Of a stretch of DNA of 64,000 bases, positions 38,166 to 53,100 are shown piece after piece (within the stretch, counting starts at the first letter, position 1; the number at the start of each line of letters is the position of its first letter). The notes beneath the pieces were generated by a model that made no database searches, was not told the DNA's origin, and was given only the letters and a program-made list of their open reading frames with translations. The stretch spans positions 8,276,201-8,340,200 of the forward strand of contig NC_092679.1 in NCBI RefSeq assembly GCF_964355755.1. The letters are read 5' to 3'. The position numbers and the translations under genes were made by a program. The DNA comes from Antedon mediterranea (taxonomy: Eukaryota; Animalia; Echinodermata).

Positions 38166-41100
38166 GTAAGTATGGAGGTCACAGTGCATTTCGGCCGCCA
38201 ATCATTTATTTCGGCCGCGGGTTACGACCAAATTCATGAAACTCCAAAAAGGACAAAATATGACATAATCATTTCGGCCGCCTGTAACTGTATACTGTAG
38301 AGTGAAAAAGGTATCAATCGAGCAATGGGTTAAATACATGTTTTTTGCCGTTTGTATTATTTTATAGATTTAAAATTATATTATTTTACCGTCTGAATAT
38401 TTAGGTCAAATTGAATATTTTATTTTTTATTTACAGGTTTTATAAAAAGACGAAATTGTGCTTCAGTAAATTGGTTATTATATTAATGGGCCTAGGCCTA
38501 CATATATATGTTGTGCGCGATTTGAACGATTTGCGCAATTTAAAATTGCGCAAAGAATTCTTGCGCAATTTGAAATTGTGCAGGGATTTTCTTGCGCAAT
38601 ATTAAATTGCGCAATCAACTTCCGCAATGTGAAATTGCGCAAGAAAATCCTTGCGCAATTTCAAATTGCGCTGCACAATTTGTAAATTGCGCAAGATAGT
38701 TCTTGCGCAATATGACACCTTTGCGCAATTTGAAAACGAACTGTTTGTTATTTTTGTTATTGTACTCATTTGTTGTTGAGAATGGTACCGCAGGGCATCA
38801 CGTATGCAAAACCCAGGAGAGAAACAAATCGCTCTCCTCAAATCACCGAGGAGAGCAATTCGCTCTCCTTGCAAACATTTTAAATCGCTCTCCTCAAATG
38901 TTTATGTAAATATGTAAAAAAATTACAATGTTTGAATTTGACCACAAAAGTTAAATTCTATTGGTTTTGCTACCAAAAAAATTTTATTAGCGTACGCTGC
39001 TGCTATAATCTATTATATTATAATCTATAAATCTTTTATTAATAAATAATATTGTATGAGATTTATCTATATATAAATTTACCTAAGGGCAAAATTCGGT
39101 AAATCGCGCGTTATTTCTAGAATGTTTACTCGATGGTATATAAAGTGAGTTCGTACTTTCGGTACTGATTTTAACCGCCTGATGTAACCCTGTTTACTAA
39201 TTAAATTGAGTTCGATAATTAGTTATTGACGATTAAAACGAATTTAGGTTCAACGATTTCCCCAAATAGGGGTGTTTTTCGATCGTTGTATACACTGTCT
39301 AATGGATGTCCGTCTTGAAAAATACCCGCAGACGATAATACGAGGATGCTTCGCATTTTCCTATCTCCTCCTACGATAATTGTTTTTACTGGCTGAAAAC
39401 CGGTTGAACAGCTCGAGTACAGCATCATAATGTTGAAGACAGGCCGATTTTCTTTAAAAAAATACTATTTTGATAGATTTAGGGCCTAATATACGTTTAT
39501 ACAAATGTATTGATTTGCGATGAATGGAACATTCCAATCTCTGTTCCACAAGTGTCTATTCCCTCAGGCGTCGTAAAGGCAAGTACTGTATACTCATAAC
39601 AGAAATTCGATCCATTTATTTTTTCAATCTGTTCTGCAGAGGTTGGATATAATTTTTTTTTTAAACGGATAAAGAGCTAGCGTTTTCACTCGCCGTATAT
39701 TATGTATAAATCTTTATTATTGCAGTTAAACCACCCACATCATCACCCTTCCCTCACTGGCATGAGTAGCGTTGTAAAGCCAGTAGAGGATAGGCCTACG
39801 GTGCATCACATGCCCTAAACGCAGAACAACTTTGGTGGGTAGGGTAGGAACCAACTTAAATATGAATTGGCTCTAAGAAACAATTGAAAACCATTAGGCC
39901 TACTAATTAAGTTGAGTTAGATAATTTAATATTTATTGACGATTAAATCGAATTTATGATTTGCCACGAATAGAGGTACGTGGTTTTCACAAATTGTTTT
40001 ACATTATATAAACATATACACGTCGTAGTGATGTATCGTTACATGTACTGTACTATTTCAATCGACTAGGACGGTGATAGTTTCAACAAAGTATTACATC
40101 GCAATGTTTTACTGTGTTTAGTGGTATATTATTTGTAAAACATGAAAACAATTAATATTTCGTTACTACATGGATAAAGAATATATTTAAAAATTGTTCC
40201 TCTTTGCACCCATCCTCTTTCCTATCCCTCAACCCTAATGTTACATACAAAACACAAATTAAGTTTGTTTAAATTTGACTTAAACAATTGGTCTCATTTT
40301 GTGACAAGTTTCTCTTTCGGAAGTAATTCCCAGGGTGCTAATTTTAGTTCAGTACATAAATCAGTGTCTAGCCTATTTATTCGTTCCTGTAAACGACATG
40401 TATTATTGTCCTGCGGTACGTACATTTGAAATCGCCATTTTTTTAACGCTGAAATTATTATGTATCCGAGAACCATCTGTGGGCACGACCTAGATGGTAC
40501 GCGAGCGAAGCGAGCGTACCATCTAGTATTACAAATTTATGAATAATAAAACAACTGAGGCAATTTTGACTAATGTTTATTAATATTTACAAACGTGTCT
40601 TTAGCGTAATTTCTAGTTGATTTTCGTATCGCTCTTCCATCATATCGGGAGATTACACACGTCACGTGTATACAAAAGTTGTACGTCCGGTCGGCCTCGT
40701 GTTTTATTAGTAGACTAGATAGCTAGCTAGCTAGACTCTGTTGTTGTTTACTTTGCTTCGTCGTCGTCGTCGAGTATCACTCCGCCGCCTTCTCGAGCTT
40801 TTATAATTTATGATGTCGCGATCATCATCAGGCAGGGGTGGCGGTTAACCTCTAATTATATTTATATGTCGTGGATTATAAAAGTAACAACAACAGGTAT
40901 CTTGGCATGCCCAGGGCTGAAAATTAACCTTTAAACCATAGTGGCCAGCAGGGCCAGTTGAAGTTGAAGGATGGTCGCCCTTATTAAAAATGGCTGCCCC
41001 TTATTTATTTTTTGTATGCTGATGTCACACGCAGCGTTGCCAGCGATAAAATTTAAATTATGCCGTATCCTGTCTCAAATAATGCCAGATTGGGAAAAAT

Positions 41101-44100
41101 AATGCCAGATCCCCAAAATGTGGTCCTAAACAGCGCCACCAACGGTTGTATGTCTAATAAACGTTTGTAAAACCCCAACTGACACAAAATAGGGCCTAAA
41201 TTGTATCCCTATGTCGTTCAAAAATTGTATTTTTAGTTTTGTGAGTAATAACTAATAATTCTAAAAATATCTGGGGTGCGAGAATGGTAATTGCAAATGA
41301 CACAAACCCCCCCCCCCCCCCAAAAAAAAAAACCTGTTACAGCCATGGAAATTTAGAATTTTTGAGCTGAATATGAGAGCTGCTCGATATTTGCACTTAA
41401 TTTCAAATATGAAAGGATCTTAGCCCACGTCACCATAATTAGAAAATGGCAATTATAATTTAAAATAGGAAATTAAAATATATATTAAGTGTCTCCAGGA
41501 CCTCAGCTCCACCATGGCTGTTGCTGAGGTAAGAAAATTTGGAAAAATAGAGCTGCTCAATGGGCGGAAATGGCACTTAATTTCAAATATGAAATAAAAA
41601 TATATTTATTAGTACCTCCAGGATCTTAGCCCATCATAGTTTTGAAAATGGTAATTATAATTTAAAATAGAAAATAAAAATATATATTAAGTGTCTCCAT
41701 GACCTCAGCCCCACAATGGTTGGGGCTGAGGTAAAAAAAAATGGAAAAATAGAGCTGCTCGATGGGCGGAAATGGCACTTAATTTTAAATAAAAATTACC
41801 TCGCCCACATGGTCACTACTGGGGCTGAGAGGTGAAGAACATTTGGAAAAATAGGGTTGCTACGACGATGCAAATGGAACATAATTTGAAATATGGAAAA
41901 CAAATTCTCCTAGAAGAAATTCTTTTTAAAATTAGAGCTTCTAATTAGTTACTGGAAATTGCCATTTCAAGGGTTGGGGTAGGGGTGCGGCCACTTATAA
42001 TTATGAACTGAAACAACAAAACCCCTTTCATAATGTTTTCGTTCAATTGTCTCTATATCTGGGGATCCAATAACCTGCATGGTCTCTGAAATAGAGCAAC
42101 ATAATTGGCCAATAGCTAGCCTCTTCGGATTTGTTGTGCTGCCTATATCGCACACACGGTAGTTTTCGAGCAGCCTTCCTATCCGAAGAGTCTATTTAAG
42201 TCCGAAACAAAAGGATGGAAGAACTATTGTACGGAAAACCCGAACAGATCTGTTTTGTACGATATGATATTGTGTAAGGTGATGATATGTATTAAATTGC
42301 AAGATTAACAAAATATTTTATTTTTGTTCTGTGGTATATTATTTTTTTGGTTGTTCAAAAAACACAAAATTATGCCAGATTATGCTAAAAACGGCTAAAT
42401 AATGCCGCGGCATTATGCCAGATGCCGTGGGCCTCTAAATAATGCCAAAAAGCATAATAATGCCAGAAATGGCAACTATGGTCACACGTCAGCACGTGTT
42501 TTGAGGAGGATTTGAGTGACCAAAATTGGTTAGAACTTTCTAAGAAATAATCCATCGTCAAAATGACATAATTAAAGCAACCAGCAACTAAGCTTTTTTA
42601 AATAATAAACATTATATTTAGGCCTCCTATATTAATGTTTCCTTTTAAAATTAAATATATTTTATTAACTCGTTCCATAAAAACATAAAGGGAAAAATTA
42701 TTGGTTGGGACATGATCTTCCTGTAAAGGAGGTGTTTCTATGACACCGTACTGGTTGCACTATGAGGCGATGAAGTAAACTCGCCCTTGAATAATGCGCG
42801 CAGGCAGGGGAATCCCCTTTGTTGGTACCTCGCACTGTGAGATGGAGCGCGATGAATTGCTCTCCTTTTCGAAGGTTGTTGATTGCGATCGCGCTCGCGA
42901 TCCTTAAAATCGAGGGACTGCCATTAGGCTTGTAGCTTTATAACTTAGCTTATATATTATTAGCCTAGGCCTATTAGATTGGTTTTAACTTTTAAAAATC
43001 CACGTGTTTTTAAGCCTCTTGACAGAAAAATCAACACTGTCAAAAGCTAGGCTCTATTTTGAAAATTAAGGAGCGTGATAAATTGCTCTCCTCGAAGCCT
43101 GTTGAGGAGCGCGGAGGAGCGCGGTCGCGCAGGCGCTCCTTATAAATGATGCCCTGGTACCGAGAGGTCGATCTTTTTTGTCATTAAATTTAATTTTTAA
43201 GTTAAATAGTAAACGTCTAATAATTCGTAATAATTATTGTTTCTAAAAAAAATCCAGTCGTGATTAGTCTTATTAATCGTCATTAGTACTGATATTTGAA
43301 TTGAAATTATTATCTATTGGTATTTATTTATGCCTTCTCCTCATATTATGTGTGAATATGGTATTTTATAGAACCATTGGGAATTCGAGATTTTTTTTAT
43401 TTGGGAGGGAGGCTCCCGGGAGGGTAAGGAAATGCGATATTATCTTCAATTTTGAATCATTCTTCTTTAGAAATTACTAAAAAAATATGGGTGTGCATGA
43501 TTTCACAATCTGTCGAAAAACCTTGCGCAATTTGCAGATTACTTGCGCAATTTAATACGTTGCTTGCGCAATTTGAAACACATGTTTCAATTCAAATTGC
43601 GCAAGGAATTGATTTGCGCAATTTGAAATTGCGCAAGAAAATGCTTGCGCAATTTCAAATTGCGCAAATCGTTCAAATCGCGCATAACATTAGGTATCCC
43701 AATGAAAAAATTCAGATTAATTTTTTTACATTTTCTTTCAGTTAACCATAAAGAACTTAATGTAATTAGCATTTTGCAATTTAAATGATTGAAATCCGAT
43801 TACCCGTTCTAAAGTTATGGTTATTTAAAGTGGTAAAAAAATATACGATTTTTTGCCTAAAAATGGTGTTTTTTGCAGTTGAAATTGGAAGCATTTTTAA
43901 AAGGTTATAACTTTTACAATAATTAGTTAAAAGTTTTGAATTTTGTTAAACCTATAGATATCACAGAGTTGTACAACTCTATTTTTTTTGGAGCCTCAAC
44001 GAAACCTATTTTTTAAATTATTGGTCCGCAAAGTGGTAGGAAAGCATTTAACGCCCATTTTTGCTGGAATTCCTTAAAAAATGAAAAAACTGCAATTTTT

Positions 44101-47100
44101 CAATGATCTGTAACTTTTGAACTACTGTACTAATTCATTTAATTTTTTTTGTACTTGTTAGAATGTAGTGTATATTTCATTAATAAATATATTTTAGATG
44201 AGTATATGAAAAAAAAAAATTTTTTTAATGGTGAAATTTAAAATTATAAAAAAAAAAAAAGGAAAAGTATGTTAAAAACGATGTGTACTGTTTCCTTTCT
44301 TTTACACTAATTTTCGGTAAGTATAATTATTAGAATATTTTAATATACTTTATATTTATAATTTCAATCATAAATACTATTATATATAACTTTTGAATAC
44401 GTAAAACAAGATTTTAGGCCCATATGATTATGACACCAAATCTATGCCGGGCTGCTAAGTAAGATATGCTCTTTTAAGGCAAACGCACAATATGGGTCAA
44501 AATAAACTCATTTAAAATAATCAATGTTAATTAAAACAATTAATTGTTTACCTGAATAGTATATATAACATTATAAAAATTGTTTTCTTTTCGTATTATT
44601 ACGTTATTAAATTGAAATACGGAGCTAAAGTTTAGGCCAAGTCACGGCTTACTCGCGATCAGTAGTCGCTCCCGTTAAAGTATTTCGGTCGCAGTTAATG
44701 ACTTTCGGCCGCCGTATACAGAGTCAAATGTAACGTTGGTAAATTAGCTTAATAAATTTCCTCGGTACATTTTAACCTAACGCATTTGCATTGTATACTT
44801 GCATAATAAATCTTCCGCACATTACATCAATTTTAAGTTGTTAAATTAATGTGTAAAACCAGATATTCTACGACGGAAAAGGACATGTCAATCTCCGACA
44901 TCGCTGCTGTCACACATCTCGCGTCGAGCCGGTCGAACTCGAGCGAGGAAAACTAAACAACGTGTTCAAAATATGGAACGTACCATTCGCTGATAGGGTG
45001 CATTAATGTATTTAACGGAAAACGCCACAACAAACACGCGCGTATTTTAGAGTACAATATTTTACTCACTACAATATTCACCGGATTATAATGGTTGGAT
45101 CTTTAAAATTTTGAACGGGATTTACGCCTCATGCACCATTTTAAAATGTAGTTCGCACAATTACCATGCACAATACGTTTGTAAACTATGTTTTATCGAT
45201 TTCAATGTAGATTTAGCTATAATTTAATACCAAAATCCATAATATTTTTCCATAAACGGTGAATCAAAATTGGATTTTTGTCACAAAAATTGACTTTTCA
45301 TTACGAAAAACCTATTTATAGAAGACGATTTTCGTATCAAATTAAAGCTTATTTAAAGCCTGATAACATACAACAAAAATTAATCCGCTAGCTCCAATGG
45401 TAATCGTGCGATCGTGTTTTGAAAACTGATGGGGATTTTCCGATGAGGTTTTCAACGCGCGGAAATCGGCCCGACGGGATTTTAGAACCGTTTTAAAATC
45501 GCATTTTCTCGGCAACTAATTCATTAATTTTAATTATAAACACACTTATACATAGATTAAAACAAGTACTTTCAAACAATATAAATTTTGTAAGTATTAA
45601 TTAAGATTGAATACGATTTATTTAACATCAAAGTCATACTACTTTTTCGAATTTCGTCAATATTTCAAAAGTGATACCCCTCTGTGCGCTTTCATTGGGA
45701 TACCTAATAACATATATATTTATATAGGTGTTTCGCACTTTTCGCGTTTGGTCTTTCCTTTCCCCCTTTTATAATTGTTTTGTCTTCTTTGTAATGTATA
45801 TGGCAGAAAATTGATTGAATAAAATATACATTGTTACAATTGGTCTATTTTGCATTTTAACCCCTTATTTATATTTCGAAAACGGTTCCTATCCTGATTG
45901 AAAATTCTGGTCTCGAAAAGTTTGGTGGCAATTTGTCCCCTTTCAGGTGGTAATCCGATTTGCAGAGAAAAATAATCAGTGACCTTTCGCCAGTTTTGCG
46001 ACTAATAACAGTTGTTTTTTTAAATTTCAGGAATAATTTATCCTGTACAACTACAGCTTACTGTCAGCAGTTTTTAACAAGATCTAGTTCTACCCAAAAA
46101 ACAGAGAATGAGTTTCGTCGAATTCTAAAACGATTAGATGATGCTGTTCGAGCCACGGGCAGAATAACACACAACCAACTCATGGCAGTGTTTTCCCAAG
46201 TCTGTGATATGAGTAAGTTAAAATAGATATTTTATGAAAAGGTCGTCAAGTTCAATATTGAATATCAAAATATGGCAGGCTATAGGTGCTAGAAATTTGT
46301 CAAGATTGCCTACAAAAAGAACAATTTATAATTTTAAACTTACGACACAAATAGTAATTGTATTTTCAGGAATAGCCACTCCATAGTCTCTTTGCTTTTA
46401 TCCTTTAGGCGTTGTGTCCAAATGTTTTTCAAGCGAACAAACCGTGTCAAACGGTCACTGGTTTGATAGTTTGTAAATTAGTGACTAGCTCTCTGTCTGT
46501 CAATATGGCCGCTTCAATAAGATTTCTTTTAACCAGATCTTAACTCTAAACTCCAAACCACTATGTAAATTTAATGGAAGCTCTAAATTTTTTTATTTTT
46601 TTTTTCAGAAGTGGCAACACCAAATCAAGCATTGTTGCTGGTCAGAAGCTGTGGATCATTATTACCGGAAATAACACATGAGAAACGATCAAAACTAGTA
46701 CATGAGATATGGGACAGACTATCTCAACTTGGTATTTTATTTTATTGTATTATTGTTGGCAATCAGCAATGATTCAGACATAAATGCTGGCGGCCAAGCA
46801 CTGAACATCGCGATTTCCCTGTGTGATAAATAGTGTGACTGTGATGAATAATGTGATTTCAATGAGCAGTCCTGTAAAAATTTAAATATTTTTTGTAATT
46901 TTAAACGTAGTTTTTATTTAATCATTGAATGCCAAAAATGGCAGGAAAGGTCATTTTTTAAACTGGACGGTACGCTCGCTTCGCTCGCGTACCATCTAGG
47001 TCGTGCCCACAGATGGTTCTCGAATACACAGTAATTTCAGTGTAACAAAACTGGCGATTTCAAATGTACTATTATATAATACATTGCCGTTTACAGAAAC

Positions 47101-50100
47101 GAATAAATAGACACGATGATTTATGTAGTCAACTAAAATTAGCACCCTGGGAATTACTTCCGAAGGAGAAACTTATCACAAAATGAGTCCAAATTTTTGA
47201 TTTGGACTCATTTAAAGAAACCCAATTTGTGTTTTGTATGTAACATTAGGTTTGAGGGATGGGAAAGCGGATAGGTACAAAGAGGAACAATTTTTAAAGA
47301 CCCCTTCCCTGCAATTTTGGACGTTTTTTGGAAAATAATACATATATATCACTTTAAAAACATTAAACCATGTCATTTCTTGTCTTAAATGTACGTTTTA
47401 TGGTAAATTATGATAAAAAGTGAGAAACAATGCACTACCTAAGTAGCTCGCGGCGATCGACCTCTCGTGGACGGTCTTAGGCCTAGCCTAGCTAGGCTTA
47501 GTTTTGTAGGCCTAGCTGGTAAACATCGGTAACGTACGAACATCGTACGCGAGCTATATACCTAGCCTGACGTTGTATAGTTGCTGCATTAATTGTCTTT
47601 TTATTTTTGCCAGACTCCGTTGATACAAATTGGAGAAAACCCGGTATTTTCGCTGAAAAGTTAGGAGTCTTCCATTTGTTTTGGCCTCACGATCGATCGA
47701 AAAGTGGGCGAATTACAGGTGAAAAACAAAAATATCAATCCGCGCGCAATGCATTTTGGGATTTATAGCGGGCCGCTATAATTATTAGAATCGACTTATT
47801 TTTCACATTTTTAACAGTTTAAAGACGAAAAAAGTTATCGCAATAGGACCATATAGTATTATTTTTACATTAAATATAGTTTGTGATCTTAAATTAGATC
47901 TAAAAAACGTAGGGAATGGGGCTTTAAATATATTCTTTATCCACTCAGTAACGAAATATTTTGTTCATGTTTTATAGGCCTATAAATATTATACCTCTAA
48001 ATACAGTAAAGCATTTGCGATTTAATACTTTGTTAAAACTGTCATAATCGATTGAAATATTAAAGTACATGTCACGATACACCACTACGACGTTTATATT
48101 ATTGGTAATTATTAATTAATAATTAATACAAACGTTGAGAGGGAACTGTCAGTATAAAGTTTATTTGTATATAATAATGTGTTTATATATCTAACAGTGA
48201 AGCCTAACCACAATCTCAGTAATAAAGTTTATTTGTGTATATTTTTATATTAAATCTAACAGTACGAACATTCACAGTAAAAAATGTTCGATTCAAATGA
48301 GGACCAAAAATAGTTAATAGGTATTTACAGTATTGTCAAAGTATTGCAAGTTTATTCTCAAAGGGCCCATATATTTACCTACCATATGTGTTAAACCAAG
48401 GGCTCATAAATTTACCTACTTGTGTTCAGTGTTATCCCCAGGATTCACATCAAGCGTCACGCTTCGGCCCCCCCCCTTCCCGAGGGGGGGGGGGGGGCAT
48501 TCCGACACTAAGTACTTGAGTCACAGCCCCACCATGGTTGGGGCTGTGGCGAAGCGATTTTTGCTAATTTACACCCTAGATGGCCGGAAATGGTACTCTC
48601 GCACATAACATTTATGTTGAATGACACCTCTGGTTTGGCCGGAAATAGCACTTATAGCGCGCTAGCAAACAACAAAACGATCGTAGCCAACTTTTTCCGC
48701 CGGTAAACATACGCGAAGAAACATTTTTTGCGTTCATTACGAACGTCAGGGGGAAGCCCCAATGAAAAAAATAGGCCTAATCTATTAGCCTACTCGTCAG
48801 TAGGACAACTCTAGTTGGCCGGAAACGAAACTTTATAGCGCACTAGCAAACAGTAAAACCATCGTAGCATACTTTTTCCGCCAGTGAACATACGCGATAA
48901 AAAAATGTTTTTGCGTTCAATATGAACGTCAAGGGGAATTCCCCGATGAAATAAAACTAGGCCTACTCATGAGTAGGACAACTCTGTAGTTGGCCGGAAA
49001 GACACTTCATAGCGCGCTAGCAAACCGCACGATCGTAGCCTGCTTTTTCCGCCGGTAAACATACGCGGTAAGAAACATTTTTTGCGTTCATTACGAACGT
49101 CAAGGGGAATTCCCCGATGAAATAAAAAATGCCTACTCATCAGTAGGACAACTCTGTAGTTGGCCGGAAAGGACACTTCATAGCGCGCCAGCAAACAGCC
49201 CGATTGAGCCTACTTTTCCGCAGGTAAACATACTGTACGCGATATATGAAAAAAAAAATATGCCTACTCATCAGTAGGCAACTGTAGTTAGCCGGAAACG
49301 ACACCTCATAGCGCGTTAGCAAACATTAAAACGTTGGTAGCCTACTTTTTTTTTTCGCCGGCGGGTAAACATAAGCGATAAAAAAACATTTTTTGCGTTC
49401 AAATACAAACATCGGGAGCAAGTCCCGATGAAATAAAACTAGGCCTACTCATTAGTAAGACACCTCTAGTTGCCCGGAAATAAGACTTCATAGCGCACTA
49501 GGAAATAGGAAAACATTCGAAAGAGAGACATGGCAGTAACAAAACACGTGCTTACATCTCTCGGCGTCGGCCGGTGAAAGCACCATGTGACATACAGTAT
49601 CGCAGTACTGATATCACAATACCATGTGACATCCCTTGTCACTCGACTTTCTCACGAAGTAGGGCCTAAAACATTCTAGCACCGATGTACAAATGTACCT
49701 TAAGTTAAGTGAAATAAGACTTTAGCGCACTAGCAAATAGGAAAACGATCGTAGCCTTCTTGAATGTATTATACGATCAAAACAGCTAGCATTGAATTGC
49801 GCCTAGAAATCATTTGATGACGTGCGTATGTTACCGACGAAAGAGTAAATCCTACCGATAGAGTCGATTAATTCAGTGTGATATTGAAAATAATAATATC
49901 ATCGATATTTATTTTTAATACACATAACATTTTTACAAGAAAAACAATACAATGCAATCATTTACTTTATTTACAATATTAAGTTACTACATTTTAGACA
50001 ACAGCCAAATACTAGAGATCAAAAGAGAGACATGGCAGTAACAAAACACGTGTTTACATCTCTCGGCGGCGGCCGGTGAAACCGAGTCTCAGTTGTTTAA

Positions 50101-53100
50101 CACTTTGTTCAGGGAGTTGTTATTTAGTCTAATAACAACTCCCTGCTTTGTTACGCAGTCTTTTGTTTTTCGTCTAGTGGTCATGTCACGTTTCTCGTAT
50201 GCATTAGGCTCTTTATGCATGCCGCGCCTCAGCTCTAGAGAAAGTACCGTACCTGCCTGTTAATCTATTTTTAGATTGTTGTGGTTGATATTTTTAAGCG
50301 TCACGGATAAGGTTTTAAGCGTCACGGCCGACCGTAAAGCGTCACGGTAGGGAACCCAAGCGTCACGGTACCGTGACGCTTCAAAGGCCTGGGGAGAACA
50401 CTGGTGTTAAACCAAACTCTGAAAGACTGAGATTGGGATGTTCCATTCATCGCAAATCAATAGTTACATTTGTATAATCGTATATTAAATCTATCAAAAT
50501 AGTATTTTTTAAAGAAAATCGGCCTGTCTTCAACATTATGATGCTGTACTCTAGCTGTTCAACCGGTTTTCAGCTATTAAAAACAATTATCGTAGGAGGA
50601 GATAGGAAAATGCGAAGCCTACTCGCATTTTTGTGGCAGGTATTTTTCAAGATGGACATCCATTAGAAAGTGTATACCACGATCGGAAAACACCCCTATT
50701 TGGGGCAAATCGTTGAACCTAAATTCGTTTTAATCGTCAATAACTAATTATCTAACTTAATTTAATTAGTAAACAGGGTTACATCAGGTGGTTAAAATCG
50801 GTACCGAAAGTACGAACCAACTTTATATACCATCGAGTAAAAATTCTAGAAGTAAGGCGCGATTTACCGAATTTTGCCCTTACGTAAATTTATATATAGG
50901 TATTGTCCTCTGACCTCATAATAATATCTTAATAAAGACTGGTCGCACACACTTAAAATTGGACTTAAATTGTTCATAAAGTGTATGTTTATATTTACTC
51001 TAATAATAATGAATAACTTCAACAATAAAAGAGATCATTTTGACCTCTGACCTCATAGAATTATACCTCGATAAATACTGCTTGCATACACTTTGATTTA
51101 TCTTAAGAGTGCTTGTCACCAAAAATCAGACATATTTGTAATTTAGTGGCAAGGGTCAAAATTTCGAATTGGCTCATATTTTGCACATTGGTAGACCTTG
51201 ATGTAAGTAAACCTGATGTGTAGTTTGTTTGGTAAAATATCGCTTAGTTTTCGAGAAAATCGAAAAATAACGATTTTCGGCCAATTTTGTTAATTTTTGG
51301 TGTATAATTTACATTAAGTTTAACAGCCTCTGGAAGCTAAATGTAGCAACCTAGCGTTTTAATATTTTACACTTACGTTAACTAGCATCTTGACAATAAT
51401 TTAGTAAAGTTTCAAAAAATTTGATGAAATTTTAAGATTTTGACTAATTAATTACTAATTAGCATATATAAAACTCTTAAAAAGTAGGGTAAAAACAAAC
51501 GCTTTTTTTTTCATGTGCGACGAATTTTTTTTAAATAAAAAAATAGTCAATCTACTGTTTAGATACTAATATTTATGAATCAAGTTAAAAAAATTTGGGG
51601 AAACTATTTTCCGCTCCGCGCCAGAGCCACAAAGTTGTAAGAATTTCTAAGATTTCATCTGTCGGCAAGATCAATCAGATGTACCTATTGTTCTCTATTT
51701 ACAGATTTAAGGTAAATTTTACTACGAGAAACAAACTTTAAAGTAAACTGAAAGGTCCTGAATAATTTGGAATTACGTTTTAATATAAAAACATCTAAAA
51801 ATAAATTTCTAGTCAAATTTAAACGACTAACCCATGAAATTAAGCAATTACTATCTAAGCTCAACATTATAACGCGCTTAGCTTCATCACCTGTTATGTT
51901 TTCCACTAGGTGAATTTATTCTTATTATTATTATAATATAATAATAATAATATTATTATTTTTTGCACTATACGCGCACATGCGCAGTTTATTTTTATCA
52001 ACAAAGTGTTCCATTTGACGTGTGCGTATACGCTAAAATGTTTGATTTGCGCGAATAATTTCGCCTAGTGGAAAACAGGCTATATAACATAATGTTCTTA
52101 TCTTCTCATATAGGGAGTATTCGCACGAGCACGTTAACGCTATTTTCCAAGCTCCGCCCACTTTGTAAACAACTTGCTGTGCGTGCGCAAGCATTACGAA
52201 AAACTTTAGTTACGTGCGTCGAGAACCTTATTTCTGAAAAATAGCGTAAATGAAAACGTTAACCAAAACATGATTAAACATGCCTGGCTAGGCTTAGTCT
52301 CTATAAACCCAAGGTATTCCATGATTTGTTTTAATACGTGTGGCGTATATTGCGTGCGCTACACATGCTTTGCGTTCTACACTTCCCGTCGAAGCGCGAA
52401 TTCAAAACGAGCAAGTACGTTAATGCAAATGTTCACTAAACTCTGTTGTTATGCAAATGAGTAGAATGGTGACATCCGATAACGTTCATGTGCTCGTGCG
52501 AAATTTCCTAATAATTCGTAGCCTAAACAATAAATTATTGTTTGTAAACTTGTAAACCATTGTTTCAGCCCTTCGCTTTATTAAAAATTTACAGAACGCG
52601 ACTTTAAATACTAACAATTTAGACAACAGAATCGTCCCACATATTAAATTGTTATTTTAAAGAATTCATTGCTACCTTAATCAATCAAGCAACTGCACAC
52701 GGAAACCAGCTTTCCCAGCAAATCAATGTATGGCTTCTTGCGCTTTATGGTTATATCTGTGGTATCAAGTTCAAGAGAAGTACACATTTCTTGCAACATT
52801 GGCAAAGAGAATCTGGAGAGTTTTTCTTGAGCTTTCAGTTCACAAATATTATGCATTTCAAACATTATTGGATGCTGCAAGCCTATTGTGTCCAGTACGG
52901 TTTGCGACAAAAGTTGAATTTCTCTTTCCTTTTCCGTTTTTGAATCATCTCCATTTTCTTCGACTTTGTCACCATCATCTTCGTCATCATCATCATCATG
53001 AACGACTGCATCTGTCCTCCTTTTTTTAGCCAAGTGTGAGAAATACTTGCAATCTGCTGTGCTGTTAAAAATTCAGTCTTGCTAAATAGATGTGAACCAT

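Larger units (their letters stand above)
38791..43156. mobile_element. hAT-like element with 6-bp TSD (hAT6-like), non-autonomous, with nested insertions
   Basis: TIR CAGGGCATCA/TGATGCCCTG; TSD GTACCG; CGCTCTCCT subterminal repeats. Confidence 0.75.
38509..43689. mobile_element. Non-autonomous TGT...ACA transposon (Ginger-like) with TTGCGCAA-rich TIRs
   Basis: TGTTGTGCGCGATTTGAACGATTTGCGCAATTT is inverted at 43657-43689; TATA flanks (right flank displaced by the 7-bp-TSD element). Confidence 0.65.
46963..50900 (-). mobile_element. Helitron copy (reverse orientation) with nested insertions
   Basis: Reverse-complement matches to ~40030-40526 and ~39070-39520. Confidence 0.7.

Noticed and set aside
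38179-38285. CACAGTG (RSS/Transib-like heptamer) followed by TTTCGGCCGC repeats
   Set aside because: No matching inverted end or 5-bp TSD found.
38411-43772. ORFs with repeated LRNLKLRK / LAQF
   Set aside because: Translations of TTGCGCAA-rich TIR repeats.
43691-45706. Reading this element as TA|GG...CC|TA, the source of TAGGCCTA footprints
   Set aside because: Both copies have clear 7-bp TSDs outside the TA, so the TA belongs to the TIR and the target is not TA.
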